DNA of 64,000 nucleotides, taken from assembly GCF_009914755.1 (NCBI RefSeq), contig NC_060932.1; one strand, given 5' to 3'. Below the pieces are notes generated by a model, which made no database searches, was not told the origin of the DNA, and saw only the letters and a program-made list of their open reading frames with translations. Source of the DNA: the human T2T-CHM13v2.0 reference genome, Homo sapiens. Positions within the stretch are counted from its first letter, which is position 1, and each line of letters begins with the position of its first letter. Shown one piece after another: positions 12,178-26,550 of this stretch. A program made the translations under genes and the position numbers.

Positions 12178-13494
12178 CTAGATGGAGAAATGGAAAATCC
12201 ATGACCATTAATCTTCCTCCCAACTCTGCTTATGCTGCAACAGATCAGCTAACACTATTTTCCCCAGACAACAGAAGGTGTTGTCTTCTGCAGGGTGCAG
12301 GTAGGTGCACCCTGCACCTACCTTGATAGATACATACATACATAATTACATATGTACATTCCAAATTATAAACTATTTCAGACATATAAAAACATTGTTT
12401 TCAGAAGTATCCATATTGATATGCGTAGTGGTAGATCATTTATATCACTATATACTATTCTATTGTGTAAATGGTAATAAAGTGAAGGGGGATCCAAGGT
12501 GGCTGAATAGGAACAGCTCCAGTCTACAGCTCCCAGTGTGAGTAATGCAGAAGACAGGTGATTTATGCATTCCAGCTGAGGTACCAGGTTCATCTCACTG
12601 GGGCTTGTTGGACAGTGTGTGCAGCCCACGGAGTGTGAGCCAAAGCAGGGCAGGGCATTGCCTCACCCAGGAGGCACAAAGAGTTGGGGAATTCCCTTCC
12701 CTAGCCAAGGGAACCCGTGACAGATTGTAACTGGAAAATTGGGACACTCCCACCCTAATACTGTGCTTTTCCAACAGTCTTAGCAAACGGCACACCAGAA
12801 GAATATATCCCGCACCTGGCTCAGAAGGTCCCACGTCCACAGAGCCTCACTCACTGCTAGCGCAGCAGTCTGAGATCAAACTGCAAGGTGGCAGCGAGGC
12901 TGGGGGAGGGGCGCCCGCCATTGCTGAGGTTTGAGTAGGTAAACAAAGCAGCCGGGAGGCTCGAACTGGGTGGAGCCAACCACAGCTTAAGGAGGCCTGC
13001 CTGCCTCTATAGACTCCACGTCTGGGGGCAGGGCATAGCCGAACAAAAGGCAGCAGAAACTTCTGAAGACTTAAATGTCCCTGTTTGACAGCTTTGAAGA
13101 GAGTAGTGGTTCTCCCAGCACGGAGTTTGAGATCTAAGAACAGACAGACTGCCTCCTCAAGTGGGTCCCTAAACCCCAAGTAGCCTAACTGGGAGACACC
13201 TCCCAGTAGGGGCCAACTGAAACCTCATACAGCCAGATGCCCCTCTGAGACGAAGCTTCCAGAGGAAGGATCAGGCAGCAACATTTGCTGTTCTGCAATA
13301 TTTGCTGTTCTGCAGCCTCCGCTGCTGATACCCAGGCAAACAGCGTCTGGAGTGGACCTCCAGAAAACTTCAACAGACCTGCAGCTGAGGGTCCTGACTG
13401 TTAGAAGGAAAACTAACAAACAGAAAGGACATCCACACCAACCCCATCTGTACATCACCATCATCAAAGACCAAAGGTAGATAAAACCACAAAG

Positions 13495-14520
13495 ATGGGG
13501 AGAAACCAGAGCAGAAAAGCTGAAAATTCTAAAAATCAGAGCGCCTCGCCTCCTCCAAAGGAATGCAGCTCCTCGCCAGCAATGGAACAAAGCTGGATCG
13601 AGAATGACTTTGATGAGTTGATAGAAGTAGGCTTCAGACGATCGGTAATAACAAACTTCACTGAGCTAAAGGAGGATGTTTGAACCCATTGCAAAGAAGC
13701 TAAAAACCTTGAAAAAAGATTAGACGAATGGCTAACTAGAATAAACAGCATAGAGAAGACCTTAAATGACCTGATGGAGCTGAAAACCATGGCATGAGAA
13801 CTACGTGATGCATGCCCAAGCTTCAGTAGCTGATTCAATCAAGTGGAAGAAAGGGTATCAATGATTGAAGATCAAATGAATGAAATGAAGCAAGAAGAGA
13901 AGTTTAGAGAAAAAAAGAGTAAAGACAAATGAACAAAGCCTCCAGGAAATATGGGACTATGTGAAAAGACCAAATCTACACCAGATTGGTGTACCTGAAA
14001 GTGACGGGGAGAATGGAACCAAGTTGGAAAACACTCTTCAGGATATTATCCAGGAGAACTTCCCCAACTTAGCGAGGCAGGCCAACGTTCAAATTCAGGA
14101 AATACAGAGAACACCACAAAGATACTCCTCGAGAAGAGCAACTCCAAGACACATAATTGTCAGATTCACCAAAGTTGAAATGAAGGAAAAAATGTTAAGG
14201 GCAGCCAGAGGGAAAGGTCGGTTTACCACAAAGGGAAGCTCATCAGACTAACAGCGGATCTCTCAGCAGAAACTCTACAAGCCAGAAGAGAGTAGGGGCC
14301 AATATTCAACATTCTTAAAGAAAAGAATTTTCAACCCAGAATTTCATATCCAGCCAAACTAAGCTTCATAAGTGAAGGAGAAATAAAATCCTTTACAGAC
14401 AAGCAAATGCTGAGAGATTTTGTCACCACCAGGCCTGCCTTATGAGAGCTCTTGAAGGAAGCACTAAACATGGAAAGGAATAACCGGTACCAGCCACTGC
14501 AAAAACATGCCAAATTGTAA
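13495..14520 (+). pseudogene. L1 ORF1p, disrupted
   Basis: Starts MGRNQSRKAENSK; KRPNL...ENFPNLARQ...TPRHIIVRF motifs; in-frame stops (first near 13681) and frameshifts. Confidence 0.92.
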
Positions 14521-14583
14521 ACACCACCCACGCTAGGAAGAAACTGCATCAACTAATGAGCAAAATAACCAGCTAACATCATA

Positions 14584-18411
<3,828 letters not shown>

Positions 18412-19419
18412 ACAATGAGAACACTTGGACACAGAGTGGGGAACATCACACACTGGGGCCTGTAGTAGGGTGGGGGGAGGGGGAAGTGATAGCATTAGGA
18501 GATATACCTAATGTAAATGACAAGTTAATGGTGGCAGCACACCAACATGGCACATGTACACATATCTAACAAACCTGCATCTTGTGCACATGTACCCTAG
18601 AACTTAAAGTATAATAAAAAAGGTAATAAAGTTATTTCTTATCCATCTTCCTGTTGATGACATTTATGTGGTTTTCCTCTGATTGCAATCATAACTAATG
18701 TTGATTTGTTACAGCAAACATCCTCACACACATGCCCTGAGCACAATTACACATTTGAAGTCCAGCTGTCCTAGGGATGCCAGCAGGCCCTGCCCCACCC
18801 CCATGAAGGAGTGGGCTCTTCTCAGGAACCTGGGGGGAACAGTGTTACATTCCTATAAGCAACACAGGCTTGGGAGTTGAATCACCTGAGCTTGAAACCT
18901 AACTATACCATTTTATAAATTATTTTACCTACTTTGGCATGTTTTCTCTTTGCAGAACAATGATGCTGATAATACATACAGCTCACAGCATGGCACAGAG
19001 ATTGAGCAAGACCGTAAGGAGTACGGTGTTATTACATTTGGCCTGAGGAAAGGACGTCACTGAGCTGCTCCACGCAAGACAGTCCATGGTGAGTGGATAC
19101 AGTTTCCAAAGCCTGTCATTTCATGTGTGCCACATGGTCCCAGGGGACAGGTGTCTATGTCTAGATCTGCTTCTTGAACCAGCCCAGGACTGGCTCTCTT
19201 GCAAGCCTTCCAAATATGGTTATGAAATAGAAAAATGTTTGAATATAGTTGGCTTAGAGAGAGACAAGTTCGCCCTTAGTCAACAACAATAATATGATTA
19301 TAAAATGTTGTATCCTTTTCTACCATTATTTCTATTGTTATTTAGCATTTGATTCCAGCTCCTGGTTTAAGTAGTTTCCATGTGTGAATCCATTTCATCT
19401 TTGTAGCAATGCCCATAAT

Positions 19420-19457
19420 CTATCTATATATATATATATATAGATATATATATATAT
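19420..19457. repeat. (TA)n microsatellite
   Basis: tatatatatatatatagatatatatatatat. Confidence 0.9.
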
Positions 19458-21303
19458 CTCCATTTCACAGATGAAGAAACTGAGGCATAAAAATGTCAAT
19501 GAACCTGCCCTAAGTCACACATTCTGCAAATGGCCGAACCTGGTTTTAAGCTCAGAATGCATGCCCTTTACAATTGTGTGGCATTGCTCTGACTAAAGTT
19601 CCAGTAGCTTCAGAAACAAAAGCACTTTCTTGGTGTTACTGTGTATTATTTGATTTTACCCAATTCTCTTCCTGACATTGTTGAACTCAAGCTCCAGAAC
19701 CAATCTCATCTAAACCAATTTACTCTCCATTAAAATGTCCCAATGATCAAAGTTAAGTGTTTTCCCAGTTGAATATATGAATGGGTATCAATGAGAAGAG
19801 GGCTGGAGGAGAGATGTGTCTCTCACCCTGAGGGCATGAAGACTGCCTTTTGGAAATAGCCTCCTCATCCTGAGGGCTGTGGACAAGGGAAGAACAGCGA
19901 GCTGGAGCAGGTAGACCCATGGGGGCTCTCTGCCTTTGGAAAAGAGGCTTGACTAAGAAGGATCAATGGGTGTTAGGGTTGATGCAACAGGCCTGGGTTC
20001 TAATCCCAGCTCCTCCATGACGTGTTTGACTGTCAGCGCCCCTTGCTGGAACAGGAGCATCACACACACCCTTCCCTGATGCTGTGGGCCTAAGTGCCAG
20101 TAATGGGGAAGAACAGGGGACGTGAAGGGAGAAGCAGAGGCAGAGACAGGCAAAGCACAGTCAGAAGAGGGCAATGTTGCCTTAATGTCTTCTTTTGGAT
20201 TTTCTGACCAAAATTGTCAATTATCACATATTTCTCTGGAGGAAAAGAAAGGCAAACCAGATTCTTTGGAAGCTTGAATGTGACTGCCATGGCCCTGGCA
20301 ATTCCGTCCAAGTAATCAAAGGGGCTTTATGGTCTCGCTAAGCCTTTGCATTCTGGAAATGAGTTTCTCAAATAGAAACTGCATTTCTGAAAAGTCCACG
20401 GCAGCAGCAGGCCTGAATGGCTTACTGAGGCAGAGCCTTTTCCACTCTGGGCTCTCTATTTATAGACCGCAAGTCTGCCTGGAGCAAAGTCCTCAGCCTC
20501 CAGCCCCAGAGAAGGAGGATGGGAGGCACTGCCTGGAGCCCAGAAAGCACCTGCGCAGAAAAAGATCTGGAAATTGGAGGGGAGAAAGTAAACTTGGGAG
20601 AATGGGGCACCCTGAAAAGCATCATGCAGGAGGAGGAAGGATGCAAGACCCCTCTGGGTGTGTGGGTGCCATTCCTCCTGAGGCAGCCCCAGGGCAGGCC
20701 TAGCGTGTGGCATTCTGTGCTAAGAGCCAGGACTTTCTATGTGCACTGGCAGGGTTTAGATCTTGACTCTAAACCTCTATTCATGCAGCTCTGCGCAAGC
20801 AACTTAGCTTTTCTGTGCCTCTGTTTCCTCATCTATCAAGTGGGGATGTTGTTGACAGCAGCGACCCCTCATGGGGTTGGCCTGAGATTACCTAAGTCCC
20901 TACACAGACGGTGCTCAGGACAGTCCTGCACTCAGTGAGCCTGCCACAAGTCATCCACCAACAGGAAATCCTTATGCTCTTTAACAACTCTGAGGGTCCT
21001 TGTTGGACTGGCAAACCAAGGCACAGGAAGGTCAGGGAAGATGCCACACAGCAGATAGAACCAGGACCATACTCCAGGCCAGCATTATGGGTCCAAGAAT
21101 GGTGCTCTTTCTACTAAGCTGCAGGCAAGCACAAATAAACTCCTATGAGGGGTTTGGGGCAGGTGTTTATAAAGTTGCCGTGGAACTAGAGGTGCATTTG
21201 GTCAGAACTGAGCATGAAACAGCAAGAAAAGCAAGTGCCTGGTACAGCACCTTACTCAGGGTGGGACTCCCAACCCTGTCCATGCCTGTACCCCCTTTAG
21301 AGC

Positions 21304-21823
21304 CAGTAGAGGGTAATGGTTCTATCAGCATCTATCAGCAGGGTGTATGTGTTCTACCAGCAGAGAGTACATGTTCTATCAGCAAAGAGTACGTGTTCTA
21401 TCAGCAGAGGGTAAGGGTTCTACCAGCAGAGAGCATATGTTCTCCTCAGCAGAGGGTACATGTTCTATCAGCAGAGGGTATGTGTTCTATCAGCATAGGG
21501 TAAGGGTTCTGCCAGCAGAGGGTATGTGTTCTATCAGCATAGGGTAAGGGTTCTGCCAGCAGAGGGTAAGTATTCTACAAACAGAGGGTGAGGGTTCTAC
21601 CAGCACAGGGCAAGTGTTCTACCAACAGAGGGTACCTGTTCTATCAGCAGAGGGTACATGTTCTATCAGTAGAGGGTATGTATTCTATCAGCAGAGGGTA
21701 AGTGTTCTACCACCAGAGGGTAAGGGTTCTACCAGCAGAGGGTAAGTATTCTACAAACAGAGAGTGAGGGTTCTACCAGCAGAGGGTACATGTTCTATCA
21801 GCAGAGGGTACGTGTTCTATCAG
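21304..21823. repeat. Minisatellite, 22-bp unit, ~23 copies
   Basis: Unit gttcta(t/c)cagcagagggta(cat/agg/tgt). Confidence 0.94.
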
Positions 21824-21995
21824 TCTTCTTAGACAATGACTGTCAGAGCAAATGGACGTATCTTTGGTGAAAGGGTAAGAACTAGAAGCACAAGTTAGAA
21901 TCTAGTAGAAAGGATGTCAGTCATTGTGGTTGAAAGCACGTATTTTAGAGCCCAACTGTTTGGACTCACACCCACCCTCACTCTGTAAGCCTGGG

Positions 21996-22671
21996 CAGAA
22001 AACATAGTGGAATTTTTAGAGACCTGCTTGGCAAAAGAGCCCTTCGACTGACGAACTACAGTTGTGTGAACCCCCTATGTCTGGTGGACTCCTGGGGTGT
22101 GATGAGGTTTTGTCGTGGATGGGGTGGGGGGGCGGTGCTTTAGCCTGGAGTCAGCATGTGGTCCCAGCCAAGCTTTGGTTCTGTGAGTGTGGGTAAGACA
22201 GTACATCTCTCTATGCCTTAGTTCTTTCACCTATAAACTGGGGGTTAAGACGAAAATGACTTCATAGTTCATTGTTACGAAGATCACCAGAGTGAGCAAC
22301 GGAAAACTCAAGAAATTGCAACTTGCAAAACATACTGAGTATACGGAACCCATGACTTCCCCGCACGCTGTTCAAGCTCACTCTGCTTTAGCAAAGGATC
22401 TTGTGTTTCAGACAAATAAGCCCGTGGACAAACATCTCGTGCATGTGCGGTTTTGGCAACAGCTCACGCATGTGTCAAACTAATCAGCGATTTTCCAGTG
22501 GACAAATTCTGACCAAATCATGCTGACTCCAGTCTAAAGCCTCACCCCTGACTCCATCCACAACAAAACCTCATCACACCCTATGAGTCCACCCCGCCCC
22601 CGCCGTAGGGGGTTCATGCAACTGCAGTTGTCTCACCAAGCAGATCTCTAAAAATTCCATTATGTTTTCTG
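21996..22671. repeat. Long imperfect inverted repeat (arms 21996-22158 and 22519-22671)
   Basis: Left arm cagaaaacatagtggaatttttagagacctgcttgg...ctggagtcagcatg aligns with the reverse complement of the right arm. Confidence 0.9.
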
Positions 22672-24153
22672 ATCAGCACAGGTTTCTCTGGGGCTTTGAC
22701 ATGAGCTGAAATATTATAGATGAAGTACCTACTTGCACCTCTAGACCAGACACTATCCTGGGTGCTGGCTTGGCTCCTGAGTGGGGGCTGCTCTTCTAAG
22801 AAGGGGCTGGGACCAGGGATCCAAGTCCTTAGGAGGTGAAAATAGTAAGGGACTTTCCTTCCCGGACCACGTGTGCCAAGTTAGGGTTCATCATACTCTC
22901 CAACCTGTTTTTGTAAAAGAAGGTTGGAGAGAGTAGGCATACATCCTCTGTTACACTGTGATTTAAAAAGTGCATTCTTCCTGCTTGAACCTGCCCGCAT
23001 GTTGCCAAAGGCAAGTGGCAGTCTGGAGCCTCCCTCCAAAGCAATCAGAGTCAGACCCTGTGGGCTGGGCTGGCCATGCAGTCCCACCCGTGGTTCTGTA
23101 GGTTAGGCGCGCGTCAAAATCTCTCTGAGTCTCAGCTCTTTTCACGTGCAAAACACGCTTATGGATACCAGTGGCTGTTTTCTGTTTGTCCCTTTATATC
23201 CACTCCTGTTCCTTTCTCCATCCCAGGAGGCAACCTCAGTGGTCTCATTGACCTCATCCCCTGGATCCCAGTGGTCTGGTAGGAGATGGAGAGGACAGAG
23301 AAGGACGGGATGAGATGCTGAGGATGTCAGGCCAAGGAGAACTGGTTTTGTCTGTTTTTCTGCCCAGAATGACTGCCAGGCTCCTTCTATGGCTGCCAGC
23401 CTCTCTGGACTCTGGGACAGCTCCCTCCCCTTGTCCTTTCCCACTCTTGCTCTTCCTAGTCCTGGAGGGTATGGCCACATCCCATCGGCTTCCCTAAGCA
23501 CTGTCCACAACCTGCAATTACTCTGTCATTGAATTCTCTTCCACTGTCCATTTTGATTGTGCTGCTCCTGATGGACATGGTGTCTGCCTGGAAGACAATG
23601 CCAACGAAGCCTCTCTGTGCGCTTCAGGGCACACAGTAGGGCTCCACAAATGCCATGATGCCCCCTTGATTTAGATACAGTCTGCCTGGACTCAGGCTGG
23701 CTCCAGGGTCAACCACACAAGCAATGACACGCTGGGCTCATGAACGATGCAGGGGAAAGGATATAGGAGTCAGGGCACATGGGGTTTTTGCTCAGCTCGT
23801 TCTTCACACCCCGCTGGTGCCTCCATTGCCCTCACACCTGGGCTAATCATGTCTATTATACCTGTGAAAGGGGCAGTGGTGTTCAGAGAGAGATTGAACG
23901 TAAACAGGCGACACAGAGCACTCAGCACAGGACAGGAGCTCAGGCAGTGCTTGCATGTCACAGGCACAAAAGGGTGGATGGACGGATGGATAGTGAGATG
24001 AAGGTGTCAACTCCAATACTATTATCTTCTTTGTAAGTTTATAATTGCAAACAATAAAGTTTGAGGTTTACGTCTAGCGTATTATTTTCTCAAAAAGCAG
24101 CTGTGGAGTCATGAACGCAACTAAATTCTGCGGAAATGTAAAGATTCAGTACA

Positions 24154-24466
24154 GGCCGGGCATGGTGTCTCATGCCTGTAATCCCAGCACTTTGGAAACC
24201 CAAGGCAGACAGATCACCTGAGGTCAGGAGTTGCACAGGAGTTCAAGACCAGACTGGCTAACATGGAGAAATCTCGTCTCTACTAAAAACACAAAAATTA
24301 GCCAGGTGTGGTGGGGCATGCCTGTAATCCCAGCTACTTGAGAAGCTGAGGCACTAGAATGGCTTGAACCCAGGAGGCAGAGGTTGCAGTGAGACGAGAT
24401 CATGCCACTGCACTCCCGCTTGGATGACAGAGAGAGACTCTCATTTAAAAAAAAAAAAAAAAAAAA
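24154..24466 (+). mobile_element. AluS
   Basis: ggccgggcatggtg...gatcacctgaggtcaggag..., A tail; degenerate TSD aaagattcagtaca / aaagatagagtata. Confidence 0.92.
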
Positions 24467-24555
24467 GATAGAGTATATTCTGCAGAAAATCTCTTCCTTT
24501 AGAAAAACCCAACTAATAATAATTGATGGTCAGAATGAGAGCAAGTTTCTCCTAC

Positions 24556-24609
24556 CTTTTCACCTCGGTCACCTTTCAGTCCTGGAAGTCCCAGTTCACC
24601 TTTTTCTCC
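24556..24609 (-). CDS. COL22A1: Collagen exon GEKGELGLPGLKGDRGEK (54 nt)
   Basis: tatag|GGA ... AAG|gtagga; Gly-X-Y. Confidence 0.93.
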
Positions 24610-25100
24610 CTATAATAAAAGATAAAATTAGAAAACATTAGAACCCAAACCGAGCTGAATTCCTGCCTCTTCAAGGTAAGAGCAACATGACTTTGGAAAA
24701 ACATACATGTATATATTTCTCTCTCTCACTTGTCCTTGCCTTATCAGCAAAGTGGCCACAGTGAAGTGTAACTCAGAGGGGAACTAGTCAGTTAGGCGTG
24801 AAGCACCTCATTCTCCATTTGTCCCCTGACAGATGGTGCCTTCCACCCCTCAGCCCCATCTGCCTCCTCTGAAAATGCTCTGCCCTTTCCAGAGACATCT
24901 CCCAGCAATGGTCCTTTGTCCCAGCTCAAGGACCCAAGTAGTCTTATCCCCTTCCCCGTCCCTTCCATCAACACTGAGAAATACACTCTTCACCCAGTCA
25001 AAATTATGACTGTCCCGAGGGACTGAGACTCCACAGGGGGCTGCTCTCTGTGGAGATGGGCGAGGTTCCTGTGTGGGAGGAAGGAAGCTGCCACACTTAC

Positions 25101-25163
25101 CTGGTCTCCTTTCTCTCCTCTCACACCTGGGAAGCCTGGAGCCCCTGGGAGGCCTGCTTCTCC
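25101..25163 (-). CDS. COL22A1: Collagen exon GEAGLPGAPGFPGVRGEKGDQ (63 nt)
   Basis: cacag|GGA ... CAG|gtaagt; peptide visible in ORF 24990..25184(-). Confidence 0.94.
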
Positions 25164-25698
25164 CTGTGAGAACAAAATATTCACAAGGCGTCAACAGGAA
25201 GGCTCTCCCAGGGGCCAAGCTGCAGGCCATGTGCTCTCAGTTCCTGCTCTCCAGGAACTGGAGATGTTCTGGCTTAGTGGACATCACATGGAAAGCAATG
25301 CAGTGGAGAAAGCGGAATTCTAGAGAATTTCGTTCACTAGGGCATCCCCAAGCTCTTGTCTACTTCAGCTGTTTCCTTTCCCAGGAACCCTTATTTTGCC
25401 TCTCCTGGTGTCTAACCCTTCCTGTTTCTTTAGGACTCAGCAACAATGTCACCTTCTCAGCATCCTTTCTGACAGTCCCCAAGTCTGGGAAGCCCTCTCC
25501 TATGCCCCCAACACCTGCAGGCCACCACTCGTGACATCTGTTCAATTGTTCTTCAATGTCCAGTTTATCCTGGACATATAGTGAGCTCCCAAAAACCAGG
25601 ATTAATTCCTCTTGGCATCTAAATAATTTATACAAGATGTAGCGTATAACAATGAATGAATGAATAAAATGAATGAATAAAAGCACAAACAAACAGAC

Positions 25699-25743
25699 CT
25701 TCTCTCCAGGTCGGCCTGCCAGGCCCTGCTCCCCAATTTCTCC
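25699..25743 (-). CDS. COL22A1: Collagen exon GEIGEQGLAGRPGEK (45 nt)
   Basis: tttcag|GGA ... AAG|gtctgt; peptide visible in ORF 25360..25770(-). Confidence 0.92.
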
Positions 25744-25986
25744 CTGAAAATGCAATAAAACATACCCCATTATTCTCCATTCACTTTAAAGAGATGACTG
25801 CCATTTCCCAGTTGTCCTCACACATTCATAGCACCTGCCAGCCACAACCCTTAATTTTCAAATATACGGCATGGTTAGAGGCCCAAGAGTCATGGGCTCT
25901 GAAGACCAAAGTGTTTAGCATTTTTGCAGAGCAGAATCCACTTTCTCATATAGTCTTTTGCTTTCCCCAAAAGAAACAACTCTTAG

Positions 25987-26320
<334 letters not shown>

Positions 26321-26334
26321 AGAATTTATTTTTT

Positions 26335-26550
26335 TATTTTTAGTTTTAGTTTTTTTAGAGACAGGGTCTCACTCTGTCACCCAGGCTAGTACAGTGATGC
26401 AGTCATAGCTCATTGCAGCCTTGAGCTCTTGGGCTCAAAAAATTATCCCACCTCAACCTCCTGAGTAGATGGGACTATAGGCACATACCACCACTCACAA
26501 ATGATTAAAAAAAAATTCTGTAGAGAAAGAGTCTCACTGTGTTGGCCAGG
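26335..26550 (-). mobile_element. AluJ fragment
   Basis: agagacagggtctcactctgtcacccaggc...catagctcattgcagccttgagctcttgggctcaa. Confidence 0.8.

Noticed and set aside
21304-21823. CRISPR-like array (also considered for 7397-7695 and 1-1330)
   Set aside because: Head-to-tail degenerate units without unique spacers, eukaryotic context, no cas genes
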